Assembly: GCA_964540635.1 (NCBI GenBank)
Contig: CAZINP010000001.1
Span: 171,263 to 235,262, forward strand
DNA length: 64,000 bases
Reading direction: 5' to 3'
Source: an uncultured Gammaproteobacteria bacterium
GTDB lineage: Bacteria > Patescibacteriota > Patescibacteriia > Buchananbacterales > UBA6539
Shown here: positions 44,783 through 56,838 of the stretch, piece by piece
How the letters are laid out: every line of letters begins with the position of its first letter
How positions within the stretch are numbered: the stretch's first letter is position 1
Notes under the pieces: model-generated
Seen by the model: the letters and a program-made list of their open reading frames with translations, nothing else
The model's database searches: none
Told to the model about the DNA's origin: nothing
Position numbers and translations under genes: made by a program

Positions 44783-45724
44783 TTATTTTTTGAACAGGTT
44801 GGTTAAACGACTGTCAAGGACTGTTTTTTTGCCGGTGATCAATTCAAAAATAATTGCCCAGGTTGACCATTGGAATATGGTTAGAACGGTTTGAATTAAA
44901 ATGAAAAATACAATACTTAAACCAAAGGCAATAAATATCACAAATTTTGACCAGAAGAATTTAGACAAAACTTGGTAAAGTAAGTTTGAGATCAAAAATG
45001 ATAAAAAGCCGTTGGCAGTAAGAGTGATGAGAAAAAGAATAACCGTGATTTCGATAAGAATTAACCAATTTTTCTTTATTAATGATACGGCGTTTATAAT
45101 TGATTCTTTAAGTTTCCAGCCCTTTAGGACTATGCCGCAAACTCCAAGTCGGGCTAAGAAAGAAGAGGCGACCATTAAAAAGATGAAAAGATCAAAAATT
45201 ATTATAAATCCAATTTTTCCAATTATATCAACAAGGGCGGCAAAACCGATAAAGACGACCAGAAAGACAACAATAGTTTTTAGGATTAAGTTAATAACTA
45301 AAATTGGCCAGAAGTTATTTATGCCTAGGCTAAAGGCTTGGGCAAAGGAAAATTCTTTATTTTTACTGGCGGCAATTGCATTACCGATAATCGCGGATTG
45401 AGAAACTATGGTTAACCAGATTATTAACATGGCGACGGCAAAAAAGAGCAGGAAAAGAAAAGCAAAAACAAAGATATATATTGGATGTAGAAAAATTGTT
45501 CGGGTCAGACCTTGAATACCGGCCGGGGTAAATAAATCGGAAGCGCCGATTCCCTGAAAAATGGCTAAAAATACGCCTTGACCACCAAAGCCATAGCTGC
45601 CGGAGAATAATTCCAGCTCATTGCCCGCGCCCAATAAGGCCAAGAAGAAACCAAAAAACCAAAACAGTGGTTTTTCCCAAGCGATTTTTAATGCTTGCAG
45701 AATAATTTGGCGATAAGTGTACAT
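44783..45724 (-). CDS. Hypothetical polytopic membrane protein
   Basis: 313 aa with multiple hydrophobic helices. A minus-strand terminator hairpin follows at 44744-44770. Confidence 0.45.
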   Translation of the reverse strand: MYTYRQIILQALKIAWEKPLFWFFGFFLALLGAGNELELFSGSYGFGGQGVFLAIFQGIGASDLFTPAGIQGLTRTIFLHPIYIFVFAFLFLLFFAVAMLIIWLTIVSQSAIIGNAIAASKNKEFSFAQAFSLGINNFWPILVINLILKTIVVFLVVFIGFAALVDIIGKIGFIIIFDLFIFLMVASSFLARLGVCGIVLKGWKLKESIINAVSLIKKNWLILIEITVILFLITLTANGFLSFLISNLLYQVLSKFFWSKFVIFIAFGLSIVFFILIQTVLTIFQWSTWAIIFELITGKKTVLDSRLTNLFKK

Positions 45725-45759
45725 AGATTTAAATTATTTTTTTATTTTAATTACAAACT

Positions 45760-47619
45760 TTATTTTTTTGAATCATCGGCAGCCTCTTTGGCTTTTGGTT
45801 TTGGTTCAAAAATTTGATTAAATTCATCCCGTTCAAGCGTTTCTTTTTCCATTAATTGGTTGACAATTTCTTCCAATTTTTCTTTTTTCTTTTTAATTAT
45901 CTCCGAGGCGGTTTTTTGGGCTTGTTCAATAAAGCGGCTGATTTCTTGATCAATCATTTCCGCCACTTTTTCGCTGTAGTCTCTTTGCTCGGTGATTTCT
46001 CGGCCCAAAAATATCATATCTTCTCTCTTGCCAAAGGTTCTTGGGCCCATGTTTTCGGACATGCCAAATTCCATAATCATTCGGCGGGCCAATTTTGTGG
46101 CTTCTTTCAAATCATTTGAAGCTCCGGTGGAAAGTTCGTTAAACGTTTCTTTTTCCGTAACATATCCGGCCAAAAGAACAGCCAACTCCGCCACAAATTC
46201 CGATTTGGTTTGAAATGATTTATCTTTGGTTGGCATTTTTAAGGTATAGCCGGCGGCTCGGCCGCGAGAAACAATTGAGACTTTCTGAACCGGGTCAGAA
46301 TCGGGCATTTCGTGAGCGACTAAAGCATGACCGGCTTCGTGGTAAGCGGTTTTCTTTTTTTCATCAGCTGAAAGCAAGTGGCTTTTTCTTTCCGGACCCA
46401 TGATGACTTTTTCAATGCTTTCTAAAATTTCAACCATTTCAATTTTGGTTTTATTGCGTCTGGCTGCCAGAATGGCCGCCTCGTTTAGGAGATTGTTTAA
46501 ATCCGCGCCGGTAAAACCCGGAGTTCTTTCGGCGATTTGGCGCAGATTAACTTCGGTTGCAAGCGGTTTTTTTCTGGCGTGAACTTTTAGGATTTCCTCG
46601 CGATCATCAATATTGGGCATGTCTAAAACAACTCGTCTGTCAAAGCGTCCCGGGCGCAAGAGAGCCATATCCAAAATGTCGGGGCGGTTGGTGGCGGCAA
46701 TTACAATAACGTTGGTGGTTACATCAAATCCGTCCATCTCAACCAAAATTTGATTTAAGGTTTGTTCGCGTTCGTCGTTGCTGCCACCCATGCCTGCGCC
46801 GCGTTGTCTGCCAACAGCATCCAATTCGTCAATGAAAACAATGCAGGGCGCGTTCTTTTTAGCCTTGGTAAATAAGTCTCTGACGCGGCTGGCACCAACG
46901 CCGACAAACATTTCCACAAATTCCGAACCGGAGATGGAAAAAAACGGCACATTTGCTTCACCGGCTACGGCTCTGGCCAGGAGGGTTTTACCGGTGCCCG
47001 GAGGGCCAAACAGTAAAACGCCTTTGGGGATTCTGGCACCCAAATTTAAGAATTTTTTTGGATTTTTTAAAAATTCAACAATTTCAGTTAATTCTTCTTT
47101 GGCCTCTTTGGCGCCGGCAACGTCTTTAAAGATCACACGATTTTTTTGATCGCGTGGCGCGACTTCTCTGGCTCGGCTTTGGCCAAACATCATGGCCTTG
47201 GAATTGGCTCCTTGAACTTGGCGCATCATAAAATAGATAAAAGCACCGATTAAGAGCAGAGGAATAAGAAAGGGTAAAAGTGTGCCCAGCCAAAATTCCC
47301 AGCCGTCATTTTGTTCAACCTCGATTTTAACGCTTTTAACTTTTTCCGGGTCAGCTTTGTAATTGTTGAGTAATTGACTTAATGATTCAGACGCTTCTTT
47401 TTGTGTCTCAATCAAAGAATCGTCGCTTAAAGTTGCAACAATGCTATTGTCAATAACTTTGATGCTCTTGACTTGGCTTTGATTGATTTTTTCAACCAAC
47501 GTGGTGATGTCGGTTTTTGTTTTTGATTTTTCCGGATTAATGTAAACCGAAAAAAGGCTTGCTAGGGCCAGAAAAACCAAAAAAATGATGAGGAAATTTT
47601 TTGTAAGATTTTTTGCCAT
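45760..47619 (-). CDS. ftsH: ATP-dependent zinc metalloprotease FtsH
   Basis: [18 protein letters not shown] Walker A. SRH region. HEAGHALVA zinc motif. Confidence 0.95.
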   Translation of the reverse strand: MAKNLTKNFLIIFLVFLALASLFSVYINPEKSKTKTDITTLVEKINQSQVKSIKVIDNSIVATLSDDSLIETQKEASESLSQLLNNYKADPEKVKSVKIEVEQNDGWEFWLGTLLPFLIPLLLIGAFIYFMMRQVQGANSKAMMFGQSRAREVAPRDQKNRVIFKDVAGAKEAKEELTEIVEFLKNPKKFLNLGARIPKGVLLFGPPGTGKTLLARAVAGEANVPFFSISGSEFVEMFVGVGASRVRDLFTKAKKNAPCIVFIDELDAVGRQRGAGMGGSNDEREQTLNQILVEMDGFDVTTNVIVIAATNRPDILDMALLRPGRFDRRVVLDMPNIDDREEILKVHARKKPLATEVNLRQIAERTPGFTGADLNNLLNEAAILAARRNKTKIEMVEILESIEKVIMGPERKSHLLSADEKKKTAYHEAGHALVAHEMPDSDPVQKVSIVSRGRAAGYTLKMPTKDKSFQTKSEFVAELAVLLAGYVTEKETFNELSTGASNDLKEATKLARRMIMEFGMSENMGPRTFGKREDMIFLGREITEQRDYSEKVAEMIDQEISRFIEQAQKTASEIIKKKKEKLEEIVNQLMEKETLERDEFNQIFEPKPKAKEAADDSKK

Positions 47620-47698
47620 AATTTTTTTAAAACTAAAACAGGTAACTTGCTATAGTATACCTGTTTTAGCGATATTTTTCAAGTCTGATTTTTTGATT

Positions 47699-48865
47699 CT
47701 ATTCTTGAGTTTTCTCTTCAGCTTCTTTCGGTTTTTTATCTTCTTTAAGCTTCAAGCTTAAGCCCAAACGATGATTGTTCGGTTCAATGGAAAGAACTCT
47801 GAAATCTTTGACATCGCCGGCTTTGGCAATTTCGTTAACATCGCTAATCGGCTTGTCTGATAACTCAGAAATATGAGCCAAACCATGAATGTCCGGATCA
47901 AGTTCAACAAATAAACCAAAAGGATTAACTTTCAAAATTTTACCCTTGACGATTTGATTGACCTGATATTTTTCGTAAACGTTTTTCCAGGGATCATCTT
48001 TTAGCTTTTTCATCGATAAGAAAATTTTTGAATTTTCAATATTGATGATTTCAGCTTTGATGGTATCGCCAACCTGAACATAGTCTGATGGATTATCAAT
48101 TCTCTGCCAGGCCAGTTCGGAAATGTGAACTAAGCCCTCAAGCTTTTCTTCGCCGAATTCGACGAATACGCCAAAGTCGGTTACGGCTGTAACTTTGCCT
48201 TCAACGGTGTCGCCGACTTTGAAGCTGGCAATAACATCCTTTTGCTTTTCTTCCCAGCTGGCTTTTTCGGAAACAATTAACTTGTCTTCGCTTTCATTAA
48301 CGTCAATAATTTTAACGTCAAAATCTTGGCCAATATAACTTTTGAGGCGATCAAGGATTTTACCTTTGTCGCCACCCGGAACGCGTGGATAGTGCTCCGG
48401 CATTAATTGGGAGACGGGCAAAAATCCGGGAACTCGGCCGACTTTAATCATCAAACCGCCGCGATTGGCGTCAGTAATAGTGGCTTTAACGATTTGGCCG
48501 CTGTCGCGCAGCTCAGCCAAATTGTCCCAGGCTTTCTGGTGGCCGGCGGAACGAAATGAAAGTTCAATTTCGCCGTTTTCATTTTCAAGTTCAATGACAG
48601 TGGCTTCAACCTCGTCACCGACCTTAAGATCGTCGTAGTCGTTTGATTCATCTAAGAATTCACGACCGCGAACAATACCGGTAGTTAGCCCTTCAATTTC
48701 CAGTCTGATTTCAGATCGGGAAATATCAAGGATTTTACCTTTAACAATATCGCCAACTTTAGGGATTTTAATAAAATCGCCTTCAGTTAAAAGCTTCTTT
48801 AATTGCTGGCCGGCGTCAGTCATCGCCGCGGCTGCAGTTTTTTCTGTTTCTTTCTTTTTAGGCAT
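47699..48865 (-). CDS. rpsA: 30S ribosomal protein S1 (four S1 domains)
   Basis: Repeated S1-domain pattern (GDIVKGKI..., GRVPGFLPVS..., GDTVEGKVTAVTDFGVFVEF..., GKILKVNPFGLFVEL). Confidence 0.85.
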   Translation of the reverse strand: MPKKKETEKTAAAAMTDAGQQLKKLLTEGDFIKIPKVGDIVKGKILDISRSEIRLEIEGLTTGIVRGREFLDESNDYDDLKVGDEVEATVIELENENGEIELSFRSAGHQKAWDNLAELRDSGQIVKATITDANRGGLMIKVGRVPGFLPVSQLMPEHYPRVPGGDKGKILDRLKSYIGQDFDVKIIDVNESEDKLIVSEKASWEEKQKDVIASFKVGDTVEGKVTAVTDFGVFVEFGEEKLEGLVHISELAWQRIDNPSDYVQVGDTIKAEIINIENSKIFLSMKKLKDDPWKNVYEKYQVNQIVKGKILKVNPFGLFVELDPDIHGLAHISELSDKPISDVNEIAKAGDVKDFRVLSIEPNNHRLGLSLKLKEDKKPKEAEEKTQE

Positions 48866-49013
48866 AAAAAATAGACCTTAGCCCTTCCGGCTTGGCCGCA
48901 AGAGCTCCCTCTTTTCATTAAAGAGAGATGTTAATTAAGTTTAATTAAACTACCATATTTTCAAAAATAAATCAAGACCTGCCATTTTTTAACGATTGTG
49001 TTAAAATATAATT

Positions 49014-49535
49014 ATGGACAAGCCATCGCTACCACCTAAAATTAGACTTGATAATTTGCGCAAAGCCATTGCCGGTTCGCGCGGCTTTGTTTCAAGTCGT
49101 CAATATGATGCTTTGAAAAAAGCGGGTTTTGGTGATTTACAATACGCAGCTTCCGGTAAAATTATCGGTAAGGATAGGGCCGAAAGTGCGATTAAAGCCC
49201 TAAAAAAGGCCAATGAGCTCGGCGCTCGTCTTGGCTCTACCGTTTGGCAAAGGGCAGCCAATTTGGAAAGAGATGATTTAATGAAAAAAGAAGCGATAAG
49301 AAGAACCAATATTCAATCGGCTTTGGCCATGGACGTTGATGAACAAATGGCATATGAAGCAATGAATAAAAATATTTATACCAAAAAGTCGTTCAGTTCC
49401 ATAAACGAAAAGATGCAATTTGAGAAGCAGGTTAGAGAAAAAAAGATTTCAGAATTTGAGAAAAAAAGATCTGATTTATTAAACGCCGGCGTTCCGAATA
49501 AATCTACAAAAATGCCCGATTTATTGGTTAAATAA
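49014..49535 (+). CDS. Hypothetical protein
   Basis: 173-aa ORF. Confidence 0.4.
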   Translation: MDKPSLPPKIRLDNLRKAIAGSRGFVSSRQYDALKKAGFGDLQYAASGKIIGKDRAESAIKALKKANELGARLGSTVWQRAANLERDDLMKKEAIRRTNIQSALAMDVDEQMAYEAMNKNIYTKKSFSSINEKMQFEKQVREKKISEFEKKRSDLLNAGVPNKSTKMPDLLVK

Positions 49536-49708
49536 AATGGCTTAAATAAGCCAAATTATTCTTTAATATTTTTTGATTTTACCCTTGCTTGAATTAAGCT
49601 TTTTTGCTAAAATATAAGTGGTTAAAGCCGCTTCTTTTTAGTTTATAATAAAAAGCCGATGAATGATTATTCGTTAATTTTTTATTATAAATTATTTATT
49701 TTAAAACC

Positions 49709-50362
49709 ATGAATATTTATTGGTACGGTCAATCATTTTTTAAGATTGAAGGCGAAAAAAGTACTTTGGTGACAGACCCATTTGATGGCAACTTTGGTTT
49801 AAAAGTGCCCCGCTTAAGCGCTGATGTGGTTACGGTTAGCCACGACCACCCGGATCACAGTAATGTTGAAGCGATAAAGGGCATTGGCGAAAATCAGCCG
49901 TTTGTCATTACCGGCCCTGGTGAATATGAAATTAAAGGGATTCTAATCCAAGGTGTGGCCGCCTATCACGATGACAAGGAAGGCGCTAATTTGGGCAGTA
50001 ATACAATTTATCGTATTGAAGTTGATGGCATAACCATTGGTCATTTGGGTGATTTGGGTCACGCTTTGGCTAATGGGCAGGTGGAAAAAATGGAGGGAGT
50101 TGATATTTTAATGATTCCGGTTGGCGGCGGTTCTACCATTGATGCCAAGAAAGCAACTGAAATTATAAGTCAGCTTGAACCTCGTATTGTAATTCCGATG
50201 CATTATGAAATACCCGGCCTGAAAACCAAAACCAAACTTTCTGATTTATCATTATTTTGCAAAGAGATTGGTGTTTGCCCCAAAGAAAAAGTTAATAAAT
50301 ACAAAATTACCAAAAAGGATTTGCCTCAAGACAACCTTCAAGTCGTTGTCATGGAGCCATAA
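49709..50362 (+). CDS. Metallo-beta-lactamase-fold hydrolase (UPF0173-like)
   Basis: VTVSHDHPDHSN metal-binding motif. Confidence 0.7.
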   Translation: MNIYWYGQSFFKIEGEKSTLVTDPFDGNFGLKVPRLSADVVTVSHDHPDHSNVEAIKGIGENQPFVITGPGEYEIKGILIQGVAAYHDDKEGANLGSNTIYRIEVDGITIGHLGDLGHALANGQVEKMEGVDILMIPVGGGSTIDAKKATEIISQLEPRIVIPMHYEIPGLKTKTKLSDLSLFCKEIGVCPKEKVNKYKITKKDLPQDNLQVVVMEP

Positions 50363-50374
50363 TTTTAGAATATT

Positions 50375-51010
50375 ATGTCAGACCAAGAGTCAAAACCGGG
50401 TAGAAAAAAAAGTTTTGACGTTGATCAGATTCCGGTTGAAACCAGAAAAATTATTTATGTTGTGTCTTTGGTTTTGATAATGGTTGTCATCTTTGCCGTT
50501 TGGTTGCCATTTGCCATTAAAAGCATTAACGACAGTTCGGCTCAGGGCAACGGCGAGCTTTCCGGAGTAGGGACTGATTTGGAAAATTTTTTAAATGAGT
50601 TGAAAAGTAAAACGGAAAATATTGGCAGCAATTTAAATGACCTTCAGAATAATTTAAAACAGGATAAGCAAGAGCAGGTAAAAGACGGGGTGGTAGAAGT
50701 TTTGAGCAATCAATTGACTGCCGATTGGGCTGAATACACCGACTTATCAAATCGTTTTACCATAAAATATCCTAACGATTTTTTATTAAGCACTTCCAGT
50801 GATTTGGTTTTTGAGTTAAGCCAAAAGGGCACAACAACGCCGGTTTTGGAAATAAAAAAATTTGTTTCTTACGGCAGTTTAACCAATATGATAAACATCA
50901 AAAAAATTGTTCAGCGACCGGATCATATACTAGCCTTCTTTGATTATAGCAACAGTACCACGACAAATTTAATCATAAATTCATTTAAATCAATTGATAA
51001 TAATTTATAA
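50375..51010 (+). CDS. Hypothetical membrane-anchored protein
   Basis: N-terminal TM helix after a basic segment, no motifs. Confidence 0.4.
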   Translation: MSDQESKPGRKKSFDVDQIPVETRKIIYVVSLVLIMVVIFAVWLPFAIKSINDSSAQGNGELSGVGTDLENFLNELKSKTENIGSNLNDLQNNLKQDKQEQVKDGVVEVLSNQLTADWAEYTDLSNRFTIKYPNDFLLSTSSDLVFELSQKGTTTPVLEIKKFVSYGSLTNMINIKKIVQRPDHILAFFDYSNSTTTNLIINSFKSIDNNL

Positions 51011-51012
51011 AT

Positions 51013-53544
51013 ATGGCTAAGCGCATCAAAAAAATTCTACCTAAGAAAAAGCAAGATCAAGATAAAGACCAAGCTAATCCTCAGCAAGGTTCTTTGCTGG
51101 CGCGCGAGGGCGTGGGCAGTTTAATTGACAGGCCGATTGTCGAAGAAATGCAGGAGTCTTATTTGGATTATGCCATGTCAGTAATTGTCAGCCGCGCCTT
51201 GCCGGATGTAAGAGATGGCATGAAGCCGGTTCACAGAAGAATTTTGTTTGCCATGTGGAGTATCGGTTTGAAGCCGGGCGCCAAATTTCGTAAATCCGCC
51301 ACAGTCGTCGGCGAAGTGTTGGGTAAATATCATCCTCATGGCGATCAGGCGGTTTATGATTCCATGGTCAGAATGGCCCAGGAATTTTCCATGCGCTACC
51401 CTTTAATCAAGGGTCAAGGTAATTTTGGCTCAATGGATGGCGATGGTGCTGCGGCTATGCGTTATACTGAGGCTAAACTTGGTAACATTTCCGAGGAACT
51501 ATTGTTTGATATAGAAAAAAACACGGTAAAGTTTATTCCTAACTACGACGGTTCTCACAAAGAGCCGACAGTTTTGCCGGCAAAATTGCCCAACCTTTTG
51601 ATTAACGGAACCATGGGTATTGCCGTTGGTATGGCTACCAGCATTGCTCCTCACAATCTTACGGAAGTGATTGACGGTACGGTTCACTTGATTGAAAATC
51701 CCGATGCAACGGTTGAAGATTTGACTAAGTTTGTTAAGGGTCCAGACTTTCCCACCGGCGGTATTATTTATAATGGCGAAGATATTAAACAAACTTACGC
51801 AACCGGCAAGGGTGGCGTTGTTTTAAGAGCAAAAGCCGAAATTGTTGAGGGCAAAGGGGAGACCTATAAAATTATCGTGACCGAAATTCCTTATCAGGTT
51901 AACAAGGCCACCTTGGTTGAGCGCATCGCGGAATTAGTCAGAGATAAAAAAATAGAAGGCATAAAAGATTTGCGCGATGAATCCAGCAAAGAAGGCGTCA
52001 GAGTCGTAATTGAATTAAAGAAAGACGCTTATCCCAAAAAGATCTTAAACAGTTTGTATAAGATGACTGATTTGCAGACGACTTTTCACTCAAATATGTT
52101 AGCTTTGGTTGACGGCATCCAGCCGCGCGTTTTGACCTTAAAGATGATTTTGGAAGAATACATTAAGCATCGTCAAGCCGTGGTTAGAGCCAGAATTGAA
52201 TACGATTTGACCAAAGCCAAAGACAGAGCTCATATTTTGCAGGGCTTGAAATTGGCACTGGCAAAGATTGATGAAATTATTAAGACCATCAAGCAATCAA
52301 AAGATAAAGATATCGCCAAGGTTAATTTGATTAAAAAATTCAAGCTTTCCGAGAGGCAAGCGGTGGCTATTTTGGAAATGCGTTTGCAGCAGCTGGCCAA
52401 TTTGGAAAGAATTAAAATTGAACAAGAGTTAAAAGAGAAGCTCGATTTAATTAAAGAGTTGGAATCAATTTTGAAATCAGCAGCCAAGATTTTAAATATC
52501 ATTAAAAAAGAACTTTTGGAAATCAAAGAGAAATATGGCGACGAGCGCCGCACCCAAATTGTTGCCTCGGGCGTCAAAGATTTTACCGCTGAAGATTTAA
52601 TTCCGGACGAAGAAACAATCGTCACGGTAACCAAGGACGGCTACATTAAACGTTTGCCGCCGGACACCTTTAAAACCCAAAGCCGTGGCGGCAAAGGCGT
52701 TTCCGGTTTGACAACCAAAGAAGAAGACATTGTTGAACATTTCTTTACGACCACGACGCATTCTGATATTTTATTTTTTACAACCAAGGGTCGGGTGTTC
52801 CAGCTTAAAGCCTACGACGTGCCCAAGGGTTCGCGCACGGCTAAGGGGCAGGCCATTGTTAACTTTTTGCAGCTAGCGCCGGATGAAAAAATTTCTGCCG
52901 CTTTACCGTTGTCAGAACTTGGTGATTATAAATTTTTAGTGATGGTTACAAACAATGGCAACATCAAGAAAGTAAACATTACGGATTTTGACAATATCAG
53001 ACGTTCCGGTTTGATTGCCATTAAGCTGAAAAAAACCGATGAGTTAAGGTGGGTTAAACCTTCAACCGGCAAAGATGATATCGTAATTGTCTCGGCCTTG
53101 GGTCAAGCTATTCGCTTTAGAGAATCGCAGGTCAGGCCGATGGGTCGCGGTGCATCTGGTGTTAGGGGTATTCGCTTAAAGAATCACGACGAAGTTGTTT
53201 CTTTGGATATCGTGGCGCCAGCCTTGGCTAGCGTCGGTCATTTATTGACGTTAATGGCCAATGGTTTTGGCAAGCGCACCGCTTTGAGTGCTTATAAAAC
53301 TCAAGGCCGCGGCGGTTCCGGCATAAAGACGGCCAAGATTACGCCAAAAACTGGCAATATTGTGGCGGCCACAGTGGTAAATTCAAAAGCCTTGGAAGAA
53401 GATATGATTATAATTTCAGCCAGCGGTCAGGTGATTCGCTTGCCTCTGAAATCCGTCAACATTGCCGGCCGACAAACCCAGGGCGTAAGGCTGATGAAAT
53501 TCAAGGCTGAAAGCGATAAGGTCGTATCCGCCACTTTCGTTTAA
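51013..53544 (+). CDS. gyrA: DNA gyrase subunit A
   Basis: Active-site region [11 protein letters not shown]. Conserved N-terminal breakage-reunion domain. C-terminal beta-pinwheel repeats. Confidence 0.95.
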   Translation: MAKRIKKILPKKKQDQDKDQANPQQGSLLAREGVGSLIDRPIVEEMQESYLDYAMSVIVSRALPDVRDGMKPVHRRILFAMWSIGLKPGAKFRKSATVVGEVLGKYHPHGDQAVYDSMVRMAQEFSMRYPLIKGQGNFGSMDGDGAAAMRYTEAKLGNISEELLFDIEKNTVKFIPNYDGSHKEPTVLPAKLPNLLINGTMGIAVGMATSIAPHNLTEVIDGTVHLIENPDATVEDLTKFVKGPDFPTGGIIYNGEDIKQTYATGKGGVVLRAKAEIVEGKGETYKIIVTEIPYQVNKATLVERIAELVRDKKIEGIKDLRDESSKEGVRVVIELKKDAYPKKILNSLYKMTDLQTTFHSNMLALVDGIQPRVLTLKMILEEYIKHRQAVVRARIEYDLTKAKDRAHILQGLKLALAKIDEIIKTIKQSKDKDIAKVNLIKKFKLSERQAVAILEMRLQQLANLERIKIEQELKEKLDLIKELESILKSAAKILNIIKKELLEIKEKYGDERRTQIVASGVKDFTAEDLIPDEETIVTVTKDGYIKRLPPDTFKTQSRGGKGVSGLTTKEEDIVEHFFTTTTHSDILFFTTKGRVFQLKAYDVPKGSRTAKGQAIVNFLQLAPDEKISAALPLSELGDYKFLVMVTNNGNIKKVNITDFDNIRRSGLIAIKLKKTDELRWVKPSTGKDDIVIVSALGQAIRFRESQVRPMGRGASGVRGIRLKNHDEVVSLDIVAPALASVGHLLTLMANGFGKRTALSAYKTQGRGGSGIKTAKITPKTGNIVAATVVNSKALEEDMIIISASGQVIRLPLKSVNIAGRQTQGVRLMKFKAESDKVVSATFV

Positions 53545-53610
53545 AATTGCAAAATCGAAATATTTCAAGTAAAATTAAATAAGAATTTAAGAATAAAATA
53601 GAATAAATTT

Positions 53611-53808
53611 ATGCCAGTACCTCCAAAAAGAAGAAGCCAGTCAAAAGGCAAAAGAAACCGCTCACATGTCGCATTAAAGTCAGCTAATTTGGTAAAATGT
53701 CCAAAATGCGGCAAAAAGAAAATGCCACATCGTGTTTGCGCCAACTGTGGCACTTTCAAAGGCAGAGAAGTTGTTAAATTGAAAACTAAGAAAAAAACGA
53801 AGAAATAA
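53611..53808 (+). CDS. rpmF: 50S ribosomal protein L32
   Basis: CPKCGKKKMPHRVCANCGTFKG zinc-ribbon pattern typical of Gram-positive-type L32. Confidence 0.85.
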   Translation: MPVPPKRRSQSKGKRNRSHVALKSANLVKCPKCGKKKMPHRVCANCGTFKGREVVKLKTKKKTKK

Positions 53809-53885
53809 TCGATTAGCCAGCCGGCTGGCAGAGTGACATTGATTTGTTGTCTGTTAGCTTGCTGGCTTAAAAAATATCTAAAACT

Positions 53886-54341
53886 ATGTCTAATCGCCAT
53901 TTAGCCAGAACCATTGCCCTACAAACTCTTTATCAGTGGGATTTTAATAACAAGCATATTGACCAGGATTTACCCGATTGCATCAAAAGAAATATTAAAG
54001 AATTTGCTCCGCAGTTTGATGATAAGGGATTTATCGATAATTTGGTTCAAGGTGTTATTGATAAGCAAAATGAAATTGATGGGTTGATTACCCGTTATGC
54101 GCCGGAGTGGCCGATTGAGCAAATCACCATGGTTGATAGAAATGTTTTGCGAATTGGAATTTATGAAATGAAATATGACAATGATATTCCGGAAAAAGTT
54201 GCGATTAACGAAGCAATTGAATTAGCCAAAACTTTTGGTGGTGAAAGTTCGGGCAAATTTGTAAACGGGGTTTTAGGCACAATATATAAAGAGATGGTTG
54301 GCACGCAAGATTCCAAAGATAAATCAAAAGAAACTAATTAA
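53886..54341 (+). CDS. nusB: Transcription antitermination factor NusB
   Basis: [15 protein letters not shown]-terminal signature. Confidence 0.8.
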   Translation: MSNRHLARTIALQTLYQWDFNNKHIDQDLPDCIKRNIKEFAPQFDDKGFIDNLVQGVIDKQNEIDGLITRYAPEWPIEQITMVDRNVLRIGIYEMKYDNDIPEKVAINEAIELAKTFGGESSGKFVNGVLGTIYKEMVGTQDSKDKSKETN

Positions 54342-54422
54342 ATTAATTAATTATCCTGGCAGGCGCTAGGAAATCGGCATATTAATATTTAATATCTCGA
54401 TTTCTCTTCGCCTCACTAAATT

Positions 54423-55115
54423 ATGAAAGATTTTTCCAAACTTGAAAAAACCATTAAGGTAAAATTTAAAAATGATCAATTGTTAAAGCAAGCCTTTGTC
54501 CATCGTTCATATTTGAATGAAAACCCAAGTTTTGAACTTGATCACAATGAAAGGCTTGAATTTTTGGGTGATGCGGTTTTAGAGCTTATCGTGACTGATT
54601 ATCTCTACAATAATTACCCCAATCCAGAGGGAGAACTGACAAACTGGCGCGCCAGTTTGGTTAACTCGCAAATGCTTTCCAGTATTGCCAAAAAAATCAA
54701 CCTTGAAGATTATCTTTATTTAAGCAAAGGTGAATCAAAAGATAAAAACTCCAAGGCGCGCGGTTACATTTTGGCCAACGCCTTTGAAGCCTTGATTGGC
54801 GGTATATACCTTGATCAGGGATACGAGTCAGCTAAAAGTTTTATCCATGAATTTTTATTGCCGGAATTACCTCACATCTTATCCGAGCATTTATATATTG
54901 ATCCAAAAAGCAAATTTCAGGAACTTGCTCAAGAGAAAATGGGCATTACCCCAAACTATAAAGTTTTAAGCGAAAGCGGGCCGGATCATGCCAAGGAATT
55001 TGAAATTGGGGTTTATTTGGAAGACGAATTAATTGCTTCCGGTAAGGGTACCAGCAAGCAGGAAGCGCAAATTAATGCCGCGGCTGAAGGCTTAAAGGTT
55101 AAAAATTGGATTTAA
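54423..55115 (+). CDS. rnc: Ribonuclease III
   Basis: ERLEFLGDAVLEL RNase III signature. C-terminal dsRBD. Confidence 0.95.
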   Translation: MKDFSKLEKTIKVKFKNDQLLKQAFVHRSYLNENPSFELDHNERLEFLGDAVLELIVTDYLYNNYPNPEGELTNWRASLVNSQMLSSIAKKINLEDYLYLSKGESKDKNSKARGYILANAFEALIGGIYLDQGYESAKSFIHEFLLPELPHILSEHLYIDPKSKFQELAQEKMGITPNYKVLSESGPDHAKEFEIGVYLEDELIASGKGTSKQEAQINAAAEGLKVKNWI

Positions 55116-55203
55116 ATTTTTGACAATCGTGGTATAAATTTGAGTTTAATGTGCCGTGACGTGAAATTAATAGGAGGAATAAAAATTAAAAATATAGTTT
55201 ACT

Positions 55204-56247
55204 ATGACAATCGACGAATTATTTAAAACAGCAGTGCAACAAAAAGCTTCCGATCTGCATATTATTGTCGGCATGTCTCCAACTTTGAGAATTGACGGCG
55301 AGTTATCGCCAATAAAGGGAACGCCAAAGCTGACAAACAAGTCGGCTCAAGATCTGCTTTCTCCATTAATGACTCAAAAGCAGAAGGATATTTTTATGGT
55401 TCAGAAAGAACTTGACCTTTCCTATGAAATAAAAACCGGCGAACGTTTTCGCGTCAATCTGCATTGGGAAAAGGAAAATATCGGCATGGTTGCCAGGGTT
55501 ATCTCTTCTGAAATTCCAACCATGGAAGATATTCTTATGCCCAAGGTAGCCTATGACTTGTTAAAACTTAATCAAGGCTTGGTTTTAGTTACCGGCCCAA
55601 CCGGCTGCGGTAAATCCACAACTTTAGCGGCGATGGTTGATTATGTTAATAAAAATCGTTCGGCCAATGTTATTACCCTTGAAGATCCGATTGAATTTAT
55701 TTTTAAGCCGATTAAGAGTATTATCAAACAACGCCAGCTTCACACGGATATGATTTCTTTTTCCTCGGCCTTAGTTCATGTTTTGCGCCAAGATCCGAAT
55801 GTGATTATGGTCGGTGAGATGAGAAATTTGGAAACAATTGCGGCCACCATCACTTTGGCTGAAACTGGCCACTTGGTTCTTGGGACGCTACATACTCACA
55901 ATGCCGCTCAAACCATTGATCGTATCATTGATATTTTTCCTGCCCACCAACAACAACAGATTCGTTTGCAGCTTTCAATGACGCTAAAGGCGGTAATTTC
56001 TCAGCAATTAATCCCACAAAAGGAAGGCAAGGGGAGAATTGCTGCCAGAGAAATTTTGTTAAATAATCCGGCTGTTTCTAATTTGATTCGTGAAAATAAG
56101 ATTGCTCAAATCAGGACCGTAATTCAAACCAGCGCCGATGAAGGAATGATTAGCATGGATCAAGACTTAATCAATCTTTACAATAAGGGCGCGGTGAGTA
56201 AGGAGTCGGCTCAGGGCCATATGTTAAACCCAGAATTTTTACGATAG
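55204..56247 (+). CDS. pilT: Twitching motility ATPase PilT
   Basis: GPTGCGKSTTLAAM Walker A. 347 aa, typical PilT length. GTLHT motif. Confidence 0.9.
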   Translation: MTIDELFKTAVQQKASDLHIIVGMSPTLRIDGELSPIKGTPKLTNKSAQDLLSPLMTQKQKDIFMVQKELDLSYEIKTGERFRVNLHWEKENIGMVARVISSEIPTMEDILMPKVAYDLLKLNQGLVLVTGPTGCGKSTTLAAMVDYVNKNRSANVITLEDPIEFIFKPIKSIIKQRQLHTDMISFSSALVHVLRQDPNVIMVGEMRNLETIAATITLAETGHLVLGTLHTHNAAQTIDRIIDIFPAHQQQQIRLQLSMTLKAVISQQLIPQKEGKGRIAAREILLNNPAVSNLIRENKIAQIRTVIQTSADEGMISMDQDLINLYNKGAVSKESAQGHMLNPEFLR

Positions 56248-56272
56248 ATTGGCATATTCCCGAATTATATTT

Positions 56273-56345
56273 GCACCCGTAGCTCAATGGATAGAGCACT
56301 TGGCTTCGGACCAAGGGGTTGTGGGTTCGAGTCCTACCGGGTGCG
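56273..56345 (+). tRNA. tRNA-Arg (anticodon TCG)
   Basis: Acceptor GCACCCG/CGGGTGC+G. Anticodon stem CTTGG/CCAAG with loop CTTCGGA. T-arm GTGGG-TTCGAGT-CCTAC. Confidence 0.85.
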
Positions 56346-56391
56346 GTTATAATTCGGGAACACCAATAAAGCTATAATTAACATAAAAAAT

Positions 56392-56796
56392 ATGTCTTTA
56401 CCTTGGAAAAAGGAATATGAACTCGGCATCGAAATAATTGATACGCAGCACAAAGAATTTGTTCAAGCTTTGAATAATTTATATCTGGCTATTGGAGAAG
56501 GGAATGTCAAAGAAAAAATATATGAAATTCTTAGCGAAATTCAGCAGTATGTTGATTTGCATTTTCAAACCGAAGAAAATTATTTTGACGAATTTGAATA
56601 TGAGGGAGCGGCTGAGCATAAGATGAAACATCAGGAGTTTAGAGATAAATTTGCTGAAATAAAAGAGAAGTATAAGAATGATGAACTCGCAATGACTTTT
56701 GAATTAACCGATTTTATGGAAGACTGGCTTTTGGATCACTTGGTGGCTATGGATAAAAAATATGTTACCTGTTTTAAAGAACACGGACTGAAATAA
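56392..56796 (+). CDS. Hemerythrin-like (bacteriohemerythrin) protein
   Basis: IDTQHKEF, HFQTEENYF, HKMKHQEF, DWLLDHL iron-ligand pattern. Confidence 0.8.
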   Translation: MSLPWKKEYELGIEIIDTQHKEFVQALNNLYLAIGEGNVKEKIYEILSEIQQYVDLHFQTEENYFDEFEYEGAAEHKMKHQEFRDKFAEIKEKYKNDELAMTFELTDFMEDWLLDHLVAMDKKYVTCFKEHGLK

Positions 56797-56808
56797 GAAA
56801 ATAAAAAA

Positions 56809-56837
56809 ACATCCCGATCAATCGGGATGTTTTTTTA
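56809..56837. terminator. Bidirectional terminator CATCCCGAT-ca-ATCGGGATG + T-run
   Basis: Between convergent genes. Confidence 0.6.
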
Positions 56838-56838
56838 T